DNA from: Eledone cirrhosa
Lineage: Eukaryota
Reading direction: 5' to 3'
Assembly (NCBI GenBank): GCA_964016885.1
Contig: OZ024740.1
Location: 416,144,001-416,208,000, forward strand
Length of the DNA: 64,000 nucleotides
The notes under the pieces were generated by a model that had not been told where the DNA came from, searched no databases, and saw only the letters and a list, made by a program, of their open reading frames with translations. How positions within the stretch are numbered: the stretch's first letter is position 1; each line of letters opens with the position of its first letter. Made by a program: the position numbers and the translations under genes. Of this stretch, positions 39,491-52,300 are shown piece after piece.

Positions 39491-41042
39491 AAAATGCAAA
39501 TTTCAATACTCTGTCACGAACATAGAATAAAATTGCTTTAAATGCTAGTAAAACATTTTTAAAGCTGTCCTAACAGGTTAATAACTTGGTATTTTTAATT
39601 AGAATTTTGTTTCTCATACATTAGATATGTTAACAGAAAATTAACAAGTTTTGTGTGTAGATAGCATCTTTGTAATTAAAATAGGCTTATTTTTTTCATG
39701 CTATTCGAGGTCAATATTTTTTATGATTTTCATTTTCAAATTCTATGGAAATAAGGTACTAAAATATCGAGGGATTATTTTACAATGAAGCACTTTTTCT
39801 AAATTTACTACATTGTCATGATTGTTTATGCATGCCTTGAGAATTTTCCCAACAAATTTTTATAATTTGGATTTTTTAATACAGAAATATACTTCTTTCA
39901 ATCCTCTGTTTTGCATTTTATTGCTCTTGCCCTCTCTTTTTCTCACTCTGCCTCTCCTCTCTCTTGCTTGCTGTCTCTCCCTCCTTTCTATTCTGAATCC
40001 TTATACAATGGTCTCTTAGTCTATCTCTTTCTTTCAGCTATTCCCTACTTGTTATGTCCTCTTGCACATCTCTCCATAGTGTTTTTAATAACCTCCATTA
40101 CGGTTAAGGGGGAAAAAAAAAATCTTAAAATCAAAATATATCTCTTTGGAGTAAAAGGGTAGACTAATAATATATAAACTTTTAAAGATTTTCAAGTAAA
40201 TATCTGGCCGATTTAAAAAAAATTTAACCAGCTTACATGATTTAAAAAAATCCAACTGAACTATTGAACTAATAAAGAAAAGAAATATTTTCCTAAATTA
40301 ACGAGTGTTGAATATTGAATTTTTTAGTTAACTGATTGAGGGGGAATGTTGGTGTGAGATGTGTATATGTAAAAATCTATTTAAAGCTTTAATACTTGTA
40401 CGTTAAATTGTTTCCAAGCTTTTCAAGGCATGAATTTCATTTGATGTGAATATTAATTAAAAATCTGTTACATTCAGGAGTATCAAAACTTCATAAATAT
40501 ATTCTCCATCTAAATATGTGTTGATTAGCTGCCTCTGTTTATCAATAAGGTTTAGATATTTGTCCATTTTTCAGACATAAAATAAAGGGTTGGCTCATAT
40601 TCAAGTATATATATGGTAACTACTTGTTTTATATAAGTACATTCTTTTATCCTTTTACTGGGTTCAGTCATTGGATTGCGCCATGCTGAGGCATTGCCTT
40701 CAGGTTTTTTTTTTACTTCAATATATCAATCCTAGTACTTATTTTGTAGATTTCTATATATCTAATATCTAAATTACCTTTTGACTTAATGAGATGCACT
40801 GTTTTATACTGGTATATTCAAATAAACATGCACATACATATATAAATATATATATATTATGGACTTTTGCACAGTTTCTGCAACCAAATTCTTCTAACAA
40901 GGCAATGTTCAGTTTGAGGCCACAAAAAGACAATTTTTTCCTGTGTTGTGCAGTGGGATCAAACCCAGAACTCTAGTGAGTAGTTGTGAGTGAATTCCTG
41001 AACCACAGTTATACTTGTGCCCGTGGCAGTATATTTCAACAA

Positions 41043-41372
41043 CACATGGCTTAGTGGTTAGAGCATTGGCCTTGCAATCGAAAGGTTGTGAGTTCAATTC
41101 TCAGACCGGGTGATGTGTTGTTTCCTTGAGCAAGACACTTTATTTCACATTGCTCCAGTTTACTCAGCTGTAGAAATGAGGTGATAGGGACTGGGGTCCA
41201 TATCATTCCACTGCAAAGTGGTCATGGAGGTGCCACGGCAAAAAAGCACCCAGCACTCACTGTAAATGAGGTTGGTGTTAGGAAGGGCATCCAGCTGTAG
41301 AAATCAAGCCAGAATCAGTTCCCGTCCCACCCTTGCAAGCAGGGAGAAGCGGACATAAAATGAAATAATGAT
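41043..41372 (+). mobile_element. Full-length tRNA-derived SINE with CORE-like body and RTE-type tail (OR-like)
   Basis: A-box TGGCTTAGTGG, B-box GAGTTCAATTC; tail matches the RTE end at 48470-48521. Confidence 0.88.
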
Positions 41373-42059
41373 GAATATCACAGGTTGACTTAAGGGCTTT
41401 CCTCTTTTCAATTCTGTAGACTATAATTTTGTTCCTTACAAACAAACAACAAAAAGCCATAAATTGAAATCACTGTTTAATATAGATTTAATAGAAGAGT
41501 TAAATAGAATTCTGTCTGTGAAATAGGATAGAATTAAATGTTAGTGTTGCAAAACGTAAAAGTTATATTGAAATAAATTATGTTGATATCGCTTACTAAC
41601 TAGGGTGTTGGACAACATGCTTTGCAGCATAGTTTATGGGCCTTAACTTAGAAGTTAAGGGCCAAAACACTTGCATAAAGAATGGGGGGGGGGGGTCTTC
41701 TCTGATGATCTTCTGTTGTCCAGCTCTCCTGAGAGTTTCTTACCACTGTTGATATCTCTTACTAACTAGATGTCAGTGAGAGAATGATAGAAAATACTGT
41801 TTAAAAAAGAGAAAGGAAAAGCAAAAAAAAAACTCACTGCAATTAATGTTTGAGGTATTTTAATTAGGTAGTACTGCAACAAAACAGCTGTCTCATTAGT
41901 GCAGGTAGGACAGTGGATACACATTAGGGTGCCAAGCCAGATAATTGAATCTCTTCCTCTTACAGCTTTAATTTTATCATGCTTCACTTAATCTTTCAGC
42001 TTTTTAGAGTCAATAATCTATGTAGCAACTGCATTATTGGAGCAATTAGGAATAAACAC

Positions 42060-42298
42060 AGCTATATCTGTCCATGTCGGGTTTAGAGAGAGAGAGATGA
42101 ATTTGTTCATAGCTGTCCATGTCAGGTTTAGAGAGAGAGAGAGAGAGAGAGAGATGAATTTGTTCATAGCTGTCCATGTCAGGTTTAGAGAGAGAGAGAG
42201 AGATGAATTTGTTCATAGCTGTCCATGTCAGGTTTAGAAAGAGAGAGAGAGAGAGAGAGATAGATGAATTTGTTCATAGCTGTCCATGTCGGGGTTTA
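42060..42298 (+). repeat. Minisatellite with variable (GA)n core, ~5 units
   Basis: GATGAATTTGTTCATAGCTGTCCATGTCAGGTTTA(GA)n. Confidence 0.92.
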
Positions 42299-42772
42299 GG
42301 TAGTTAATAAATGGACTCGCATTACTCCATTATTTTTTATTCCTTAGCAATAAAACTTCAGCAATAGACATATGACTTGCAATGATTGCAAGGACATACT
42401 TGTTCCTTATTCTGTGTTGCTTGAACACTTGATAAGAGTGTGTTGGGTGAATTTCTGGAGTAGTTTAAATGTAGATCTAAAATAAAGAACAAACATTCAG
42501 TTCATTCAAGATTTACAAAGATATTATTGTGCAGAGGTATAGGGATGAAGAAGGACTATGACAATTGTTTATATATTTATTTAAAGAAGCCGTTTAAATG
42601 TCTGTATAAAGCTAGTAAGCCATGTCAGACTAGTGGAAGTATTTAGTACTTCTTACATTGTGGGTTAGCTTTGCCTTTCAACCTTACAGGATCGATAAAA
42701 TAAAATACCAGTCATGCACTGGGGTCAAAATTGTTGGTTTTGTGTCTAAATAAGAAGCCATTATTATTATTA

Positions 42773-43670
42773 CTAGCAGTAAAGCCCGGCGTTGCTCGGG
42801 GTCGCTCAGTAGCTGTGTTAAAGTTACAATGTTAAGTTTCTTTTTTGGCTTAAAAACTGTAGTGTCTACTGTGCAGACTTGCATGTGGTGTTTTTGATTA
42901 ATATTCCCTCAACCAACAATATGCCTTATGAAGTTAAGAAAACATAACGATAACCCGAATGTTATAACAAAAGAGGATGCTGGGGATAAAAACTGCACTG
43001 GTTATTTATTAACAAAGATCGAAAATGTAAACACTGCAACGCAGAGAAAAACATTAGCGTAACCAAATTATCAGTTATGTCTGTCTGCACGCCTATATCA
43101 CCTCTCTGCACGACTGTCTGTCTGCACGCCTATATCACCTCTCTGCACGACTGTCTGTCTGCACGCCTATATCACCTCTCTGCACGACTGTCTGTCTGCA
43201 CGCGTATATCACCTCTCTGCACGACTGTCTGTCTGCACGCCTAACAACGAAATATTTGCTTGTTTTACGTAGTCTTTAAATAGACTTGTTTTCAAGTAAA
43301 AATATTGTTTTAAAATGCTTTTAAATGGAAATGAAGCAAAACGGAAGCTTAGTGTTCGAACTGATGAATTTTGCAGGTCAATATTTTGCTGGCTCGACAA
43401 CTGTTAAAGCCAGCGTAATTTTTTACGTAAGACGCTCAATGTAAACAGAACAAAGGGAAATAACTGATAACTTACGCTCAAAAATCGATACATTATATTC
43501 GATTTCGTCACATAGGGTGGGTCAATTTGAAATTTTTTTTTTCCGATGTCTTCGCTAGGGCTCAATGTACAAGTATAGCAATTTCGGTGCAATTCCGTGA
43601 GAGATTCTAAGAGGAGATGTGTGCCAAAAATCGATAGACAGACAGACAACCACAGTTTTATATATATAGA
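42773..43670 (-). mobile_element. Non-autonomous Helitron carrying a 37-bp tandem repeat (43078-43243, ~4.5 copies)
   Basis: CTAG plus CCCGGCGTTGCTCGGG hairpin at the left, TC(TA)n start at the right. Unit TGTCTGTCTGCACGCCTATATCACCTCTCTGCACGAC. Confidence 0.9.
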
Positions 43671-43673
43671 TTA

Positions 43674-43880
43674 GGGGCAGTGAATTGGCAGTATCGGTAG
43701 AGGGTTGGACGCCATGCTTTGACGCATAGAGTTACGGCCCTTGCCATTCTGAGTTCAAATCCCGCCGAGGTTAACTTTGCCTTTCATCCTTACGGGGGGG
43801 TCGATAAAATAAAGTACCAGTAATGCACTGGGTAATTGTTGGCCTTGTGCCAAAAGTAGAAACAATTATTATTATTATTA
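43674..43880 (+). mobile_element. Young OK-like SINE with (ATT)n tail
   Basis: Close match to the 21049 and 2934 copies. Confidence 0.92.
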
Positions 43881-45379
43881 TTATTAGAGAAGCTGTCCAA
43901 CCTAGGTTGTGGGTTTAATCCCGGGACTAGGCAGCACATTGTGTCCTTGAGCAAGGCGCTTCATTTCACTTTGCTCTAGATAATAATTATTAATTTAAAT
44001 TATAAAAACAGAATGACTAACAGATTTCAGATTTTATTGCAGTATTTAAAATTAGAAGTTAAATCCCTCAGCTAGTTAGTTAGTGAGAATTTAAATACAA
44101 TTGGTTTATATTTCTTTAATTCTAATTTCACTGAGTAATCTTAAGTTGTATTGTTAGAATGTTTTAAGTTAACTAGATTTTTAATGTGTAAATCAATGAC
44201 ATTTTCAACTAGTTCTGTTTACATTCTGGTTGTCTTTTTTTTGTTTTTTACTCTAACCGAAATTATTTTCTCTTTGTGTTCATTATTTTTGCTCTTAATC
44301 TTATTTTATTGTATCTCTTCAAAATGTTCTACCAACATTCCACTTGTAAAAAGCATAAAAAAAGAACATCTTTACATAGATAACATTACTATGAACTGAA
44401 AATTGCACTTTACACAAATATAAGCTGATATGGATACAAGCTAACCCCACTATTTTATGTCTGAGAAATGGGCAAAAGTCCAAACTTTATTTACATAGAA
44501 TTTGAAGTTGTTGAAAATTGTCAAAATATTGACCCCAAGTATAAGCCAACCCCTTTCTATTATTGATTTTTTAGTCATGTATTCCTTGGCTTATATTCAA
44601 GAATATATGCTATATCAATATTATCATTATGTATCATCAGCGCAATGATTATCCCACCATAACTACTCACTCTCATTGTTTTATTACATGCCTTTCTGTT
44701 AAATGTTAGCATGTTGGTATGAGTTAGGCAAGTCTGTTCTTAAATGGTTTCTAATATTGGATGGGTTTGCAATGCAACATATCTGCATGTGACTCAGTTT
44801 TGCAAAATCTCATCCAATATTTCCAATTGTTGTTCAAGTTCTGTATAGTTGATTGAATATAATATATGTATGATCCCGTCACTCCTGGTGGAGTCTTAGA
44901 GACAACATATTGGCATATCCAGTTCATGGACATTTTTAAGCCTGGCAGAGCCCATCTCTTTTCAATATCTGAACACAGCAGATTTCTTCCAGAGAAGGAT
45001 AGAAAGTGATAGAGAGGAAGTGAAAAAGATATATAAAGGAAGAGTTGACCCCAGTACTACACTGGTACTTTTTTTTATCGACCTTGAACAGATGAAAGGC
45101 AAAGTTGACCTCAGTGGGATTTGAACTCGGAGAGCAGAGGGCCGAAATGAATAATGCAATTTATTCTATCTGACATTCTAACAACTGCTATTTCAACACC
45201 TAGTATATGTAATGTACTATAGCTTAATGTAGTACATTAAACTCTGGCAATGAAATGGAAAGACAATTGACAGGATCTGACTTTATAATATTAAGTGACT
45301 AAGTTAAACACTATGGCATTTGGTTTGACACAAACAATTTTCCAACTGGCTATCCTCATATGCTCTCAATATTACTTGG

Positions 45380-45885
45380 AGTTGGGCAGTGGAATGACAT
45401 TATTAGTAGAGTATTGGACAGTTTGCTTTGTGGCAGACTATTTGCCCTTGTGGATTGGCAGTATCGGTAGAGTGTTGAACATGTTTTGCAGCATAGTTAT
45501 GGTCCTTTACATTCTGTGTTCAATTCCCGCCAAGGTTAGCTTTGCCTTTCATCCGGAGTCAATAAAATAAAATACCAGTAAGCACTGGGGTCAATTTAAT
45601 CGACTTTCTCCTTCCCTTCAAACTGCTGGCCTTGTGCCTAAAGTAAAAACAATTATTAGCAGCAACGAGGGTAGTGGATTGGCAGTATCAGTAGAGCGTC
45701 AAACCACATGCTTTGCAGCATAGTTAAAGCCCTTTACATTCAAATCCCACTGAGAGTTAGCTTTGCCTTTCATCCTTACAGGGTCGATAAAATAAAGTAC
45801 CAGTAATAAACTGGGGGTCAATTGAATCGACTTTCTCCTGCCCCCAAAATTGTTAGTTTTGTGTCTAAATCAGAAACGAATATTA
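45380..45885 (+). mobile_element. Head-to-tail cluster of OK-like SINEs
   Basis: One truncated and two near-complete copies. Confidence 0.85.
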
Positions 45886-46008
45886 CAGGGACTTAAGTTA
45901 TTTTCACTCAATAACATTGGTTACTTATATTGTCATATGTATATCAGTTTGCAATCTGTTTCTTAGTGAAAGATTCTCAATTACAATATATAAAGAAATG
46001 TAAATAAT

Positions 46009-46196
46009 TGTTCTACTTTTGGCACAAGGCCAGCAATTATCCCAGTGCATTACTGGTACTTTATTTTATCGACCCCATAAAGATGAAAGGCAAAGTTAAC
46101 CTCGGCGGGATTTGAACTCAGATCGTAAAGGCCTGTAACTCCATGCTGCAATGCATGGCGTCCAACCCTCTAATGATACTGAAAATCCACCGCTAT
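46009..46196 (-). mobile_element. OK-like SINE with 15-bp TSD
   Basis: TSD AGAAATGTAAATAAT at 45994-46008 and 46197-46211. Confidence 0.93.
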
Positions 46197-46317
46197 AGAA
46201 ATGTAAATAATGGTGGAGAGCAGAGATGTGGAGTGCTCTGGTTCAACTTGTGGGTTCCCATTTCTGTGTGGGTGGAGAACCCTAAATCTTTTTTTTGTTA
46301 ATTTTGTATTTATTAAT

Positions 46318-46570
46318 TTTTTATACTTATAATAATAAGGAAATTATTGTGTACAGTGCTCAGGTGCACTACAACTAATCAAAGGTGCATGTATAGTACA
46401 TAGAATAATGTACAAATGTCAGGAAAATGAACAGTGTATGAGTCATGAAATACATGTGTGCGTGTGTATGGAGAGGGGATATCGGGTATAGGGTTGGCGA
46501 ATCTCAGGAAGCATGGAGGTTTTAAAGTATGCAGTGTCTCGACAGCTAATAACTGATGCAGGTAGTTTGT
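46318..46570 (-). mobile_element. CR1-type LINE 3' end
   Basis: Minus-strand KLPASVISCRDTAYFK resembles the CR1 ORF2 terminus (WNxLPxxVV...FK), followed by a 3'UTR. Confidence 0.55.
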
Positions 46571-46769
46571 TCTGATGCAGGTAGATTGTACTTATTTCAT
46601 GTTTTATCAAATTTTAATGTTGATTCTCTCCTAATTTCTGCGTAAGTTTGTCCAGTCACACATATCGTAATTCAATTAAGACTCCTATGTTTATAACTTT
46701 TATTGCATTATATATGTGGGAGTCTTTATGACTAATAAAAGAATCATTGTTGTTACTATTGCTACTAAC

Positions 46770-47665
46770 AATGGTTTCTGATTTAGGCACAAGGCCATCA
46801 ATAATCGACCCTAGTAAATTACCGGTACTTTATTTTATCCACCTCATAAGGATTAAAGGCAAAACTAACCTCAGTAGGATTTGAACTCAGAATGTAAAAG
46901 GCCATAACTATATGCCGCAAAGCATGTGGTTCAACATTTCACCGATTCCACTCTTGTTGCTGCTAATATTGATTGTTTCTACTTTAGGCATAAAACTAAC
47001 AATTTTGGGGGATGGGAAAATTGATTAAATCAACCCAGTACATTACTGGTACTTTATTTTATTAGCCTCGTAAGGATGAAAGGCAAAGCTAACCTTGGTT
47101 AAATAATAACAACAACCATGTTATTTAAATATACTATCAAATTCATACTGTCATGTCAAAAAGAGCCCAGCCAACACTGTAAAATGGTCGTGTAGATGTC
47201 ACAGCAAAAAGTGCCCAGTTCACACTGTACAATGGTGATGTTGGTGACACGACAAAAAAACGCCCAGTCCACGGATTTGAAGTCAGGATGTAAAGGGCCT
47301 TAACTCTATGCTGCAAAGCATGTTGTCTGACGCTCCACCGATACTGCTAATCAACCATCCTCTAGTACTACTAATAATAATTGATTCTACTATTGGCACA
47401 AGGCCAGCAAATTACCCAGTACATTACTGGTACTTTATTTTATCGACCCCATAATAATGAGGGAAAGTAGTTTGTCAGAATTGTCAGTTGGACGAAAATG
47501 CTTTGCATTAACTAGTTATGGCTCTTTATGTCCTGAGTTCAAATCCTATCAAGGTCAACTTTGTCTTTCATCCTGCCAGGGTTGATAAATAAAATACCAA
47601 TACTTTCATATAATTGACAGTCCTTTTTCACTCAAATTTCTGACCTATGCTAGAAATAATTATTT
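46770..47665. mobile_element. Cluster of OK-like SINE copies and fragments in both orientations
   Basis: Repeated CTGGTACTTTATTTTATCGACCCC / GGATGAAAGGCAAAG segments. Confidence 0.8.
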
Positions 47666-47807
47666 TTCATTATCATCATAATCTAGTTTTCAACAGTTTC
47701 ATGTAAGCTTCTACTGCATTATCAAATACACATAGGTGTGTAACACTCCATGCACATCCTAATCACCACACCCATCTCCCATGTATTTACCCCTTTCTGC
47801 CGCAGTC

Positions 47808-48236
47808 AACACTGTAAAGTGGTCGATTTGGCGCCATGACAAAAAGCACCCAATCCACACTGTAAAGTGGTCGATTTGGCGCCATGACAAAAAGCACCCA
47901 ATCCACACTGTAAAGTGGTCGATTTGGTGCCATGACAAAAATCACCCAATCCACACTGTAAAGTGGTCGTGTTGGTGTCATGACAAAAAGCACCCAGTCC
48001 ACACTGTAAAGTGGTTGTGTTGGTGCTATGACAAAAAGCACCAAGCCCTTACAGTAAAGTGGTCATGTTGGTGCCATGACAAAAAGCACCCAATCACACA
48101 GTAAATGTGGTTGGTGTTAGGAAAGACATCTAGCTGTAGAAACCAAGCCAGAAACCTGATCTGACTTGCTTCAAATAGGACAACCCATCTAACCCATGCT
48201 GCTAGCGTGGTAAGTGGACATTAAATGATGATGATC
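47808..48236 (+). repeat. 48-bp SINE-internal module amplified ~6x, followed by an RTE-type SINE tail
   Basis: Unit CACACTGTAAAGTGGTCGATTTGGCGCCATGACAAAAAGCACCCAATC. Confidence 0.9.
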
Positions 48237-48319
48237 AGGTTGAGGAGAATGTGTGTGCATCATTATCTCTAGGGAGTATAGGGTGGTGTTAGTATGCTAC
48301 CACTAGGTAAAGAAGTGCC

Positions 48320-48521
48320 AAGAAATGCTAGTTGATGGAAGACGCAGTAGAGGAAGACCACGAAAAACATGGGCAAAGGTGGTGAGAGCAGACCTCAGAT
48401 TGCTGAATCTCATGGTGGAGATGATGAAGGACTGTGACAAGTGGAGAGATGCTGTGCTGAATAGGACCTGTCCCACCCTTGCAAGCAGGGAAAAGTGGAT
48501 GTAAAATGATGATCATGATGA
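48320..48521 (+). mobile_element. RTE LINE 3' end
   Basis: LVDGRRSRGRPRKTWAKVVRADLRLLNL...DKWRDAV (typical RTE C-terminus), then an (ATG)n-like tail. Confidence 0.85.
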
Positions 48522-48832
48522 TCTGTTTTTCTTTATTATATATGGGTGTATTAATGTTTGTTTTTGGTGTTACTTTAGTGTTTCACCCATGTTAATTTGT
48601 TGGGTGGTGATTGTAATGTTTATTGATGGTTGTGTACAGTATTATGATATATCCAGTGTATGATATTTTATACCATTACTTGCATAGAGTTGTGTGAGAT
48701 TTTGGAGTTGTGTGAGATGGGTTGTATGTGTGTGGGGGAGGGTGTTAATTATATAGGAGTATGTGGTGTGTTATTTTACTGGGTGATCATTGTGTGGTGT
48801 TGTGTGAATTGTACAGAAACTATACTGTGTGA

Positions 48833-49035
48833 ACTACTGCTACTACTACTACACCACCATCACTACCACTACCATCACTACTACTACCACCACTACTACT
48901 ACCACCACTACCACCACCACCACTACTACCACCACCACCACTACCACCACCACCACTACCACCACCACTACCACCACCACCACTACTACCACCACCACTA
49001 CCACCACCACTACTACCAACACCACCATAACCACG
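48833..49035. repeat. (CAC/TAC)n trinucleotide repeat
   Basis: Seen directly. Confidence 0.97.
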
Positions 49036-49369
49036 TTATAATTACCATCATGCTACAGTCATCACTGAAGCAGTAATGTAAAGTTGATCATCTGTCAACA
49101 TATTCCTAATCATATGCTAAATTAACAAACACACTAAAAAGACAATATATTTTTAATGATACAGTACAAACGTGATTTAGCTAATAAATAATAGAAATTC
49201 TTAGAATCACCAGATTCTCCATTAGCTATGTGTATTCTATCTCCATTATAATCATCATCATCATTAATAATAGTGTGTCGAACAATAATTTTAGCCATTC
49301 AAAAACGCAAAAAAATATGTTAACCTCGTTTTTACATGTAGCATTTATTTCTTGGTGTTAACATTTTCC

Positions 49370-52300
49370 AAGCACTATTTACAATCTGTTCACTGGTACA
49401 GTTCCTCTTGCAACCCAATGTTAGTGGCACTATTTACAACCTGTTCACTGATACAGTTCCTGTTGCAACCCAATATTAGTGGCACTATTTACAACCTGTT
49501 CACTGGTACAGTTCCTCTTGTAACCCAATATTAGTGGCACTATTTACAACCTGTTCACTGATACAGTTCCTGTTGCAACCCAATGTTAGTGGGACTATTT
49601 ACAACCTGTTCACTGGTACAGTTCCTCTTGCAACCCAATATTAGTGGCACTATTTACAACCTGTTCACTGGTACAGTTCCTCTTGTAACCCAATATTAGT
49701 GGCACTATTTACAACCTGTTCACTGATACAGTTCCTGTTGCAACCCAATGTTAGTGGCACTATTTACAACCTGTTCACTGGTACAGTTCCTCTTGTAACC
49801 CAATGTTAGTGGCACTATTTGGAACCTGTTCACTGGTACAGTTCTTGTTGTAACCCAATGTTAGTGGCACTATTTGGAACCTGTTCACTGGTACAGTTCC
49901 TCTTGCAATATTAGTGGCACTATTTACAACCTGTTCACTGGTACAGTTCCTGTTGCAACCCAATATTAGTGGCACTATTTACAATCTGTTCACTGGTACA
50001 GTTCCTCTTGTAACCCAATGTTAGTGGCACTATTTACAACCTGTTCACTGGTACAGTTCCTCTTGCAACCCAATGTTAGTGCCACTATTTACAACCTGTT
50101 CACTGGTACAGTTCCTCTTGCAATATTAGTGGCACTATTTACAACCTATTCACTGGTACAGTTCCTCTTGTAACCCAATGTTAGTGGCACTATTTACAAC
50201 CTGTTCACTGGTACAGTTCCTCTTGCAACCCAATGTTAGTGGCACTATTTACAACCTGTTCACTGGTACAGTTCCTCTTGCAACCCAATGTTAGTGGCAC
50301 TATTTACAACCTGTTCACTGGTACAGTTCCTCTTGTAACCCAATGTTAGTGGCACTATTTGGAACCTGTTCACTGGTACAGTTCTTGTTGTAACCCAATG
50401 TTAGTGGCACTATTTGGAACCTGTTCACTGGTACAGTTCCTCTTGCAATATTAGTGGCACTATTTACAACCTGTTCACTGGTACAGTTCCTGTTGCAACC
50501 CAATATTAGTGGCACTATTTACAATCTGTTCACTGGTACAGTTCCTCTTGCAACCCAATGTTAGTGGCACTATTTACAACCTGTTCACTGGTACAGTTCC
50601 TCTTGCAACCCAATGTTAGTGGCACTATTTACAACCTGTTCACTGGTACAGTTCCTGTTACAACCCAATGTTAGTGGCACTATTTACAACCTGTTCACTG
50701 GTACAGTTCCTCTTGTAACCCAATGTTAGTGGCACTATTTACAACCTGTTCACTGGTACAGTTCCTCTTGCAACCCAATGTTAGTGGCACTATTTACAAC
50801 CTGTTCACTGGTACAGTTCCTCTTGCAACCCAATGTTAGTGGCACTATTTACAACCTGTTCGCTGGTACAGTTCCTCTTGTAACCCAATGTTAGTGGCAC
50901 TATTTGCAACCTGTTCACTGATACAGTTCCTCTTGCAACCCAATGTTAGTGGCACTATTTGCAACCTGTTCACTGGTACAGTTCCTCTTGCAACCCAATG
51001 TTAGTGGCACTATTTACAACCTGTTCACTGGTACAGTTCCTCTTGCAACCCAATGTTAGTGGCACTATTTACAACCTGTTCACTGGTACAGTTCCTCTTG
51101 CAACCCAATATTAGTGGCACTATTTGCAACCTGTTCACTGGTACAGTTCCTCTTGCAACCCAATGTTAGTGGCACTATTTACAACCTGTTCACTGGTACA
51201 GTTCCTGTTGCAACCCAATGTTAGTGGCACTATTTACAACCTGTTCACTGGTACAGTTCCTCTTGCAACCCAATATTAGTGGCACTATTTGCAACCTGTT
51301 CACTGGTACAGTTCCTCTTGCAACCCAATGTTAGTGGCACTATTTACAACCTGTTCACTGATACAGTTCTTGTTGTAACCCAATGTTAGTGGTACTATTT
51401 ACAACCTGTTCACTGATACAGTTCCTCTTGCAACCCAATGTTAGTGGCACTATTTACAACCTGTTCACTGATACAATTCCTCTTGCAACCCAATGTTAGT
51501 GGCACTATTTACAACCTGTTCACTGATACAGTTCCTGTTGCAACCCAATGTTAGTGGCACTATTTACAACCTGTTCACTGATACAGTTCCTCTTGCAACC
51601 CAATGTTAGTGGCACTACTTACAACCTGTTCACTGGTACAGTTCCTCTTGCAATATTAGTGGCACTATTTACAACCTGTTCACTGGTACAGTTCCTCTTG
51701 CAACCCAATGTTAGTGGCACTATTTGCAACCTGTTCACTGATACAGTTCCTCTTGCAACCCAATGTTAGTGGCACTATTTGCAACCTGTTCACTGGTACA
51801 GTTCCTCTTGCAACACAATGTTAGTGGCACTATTTGCAACCTGTTCACTGGTACAGTTCCTCTTGTAACACAATATTAGTGGCACTATTTACAACCTGTT
51901 CGCTGGTACAGTTCCTGTTGTAACCCAATGTTAGTGGCACTATTTACAACCTGTTCACTGGTACAGTTCCTCTTGTAACCCAATATTAGTGGCACTATTT
52001 ACAACCTGTTCACTGGTACAGTTCCTGTTGCAACCCAATGTTAGTGGCACTATTTGCAACCTGTTCGCTGGTACAGTTCCTCTTGTAACCCAATGTTAGT
52101 GGCACTATTTACAACCTGTTCACTGGTACAGTTCCTCTTGTAACCCAATGTTAGTGGCACTATTTGCAACCTGTTCGCTGGTACAGTTCCTCTTGTAACC
52201 CAATGTTAGTGGCACTATTTGCAATCTGTTCACTGGTACAGTTCCTCTTGCACCCCAATGTTAGTGGCACTATTTGGAACCTGTTCACTGGTACAGTTCT

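Noticed and set aside
41043-41115. tRNA gene
   Set aside because: The A/B boxes belong to a SINE head that continues into SINE body; no complete cloverleaf or terminator.
48660-49076. His-rich 138-aa ORF and poly-Thr/poly-Val ORFs
   Set aside because: Translation of a (CAC/TAC)n microsatellite; no splice or domain support.
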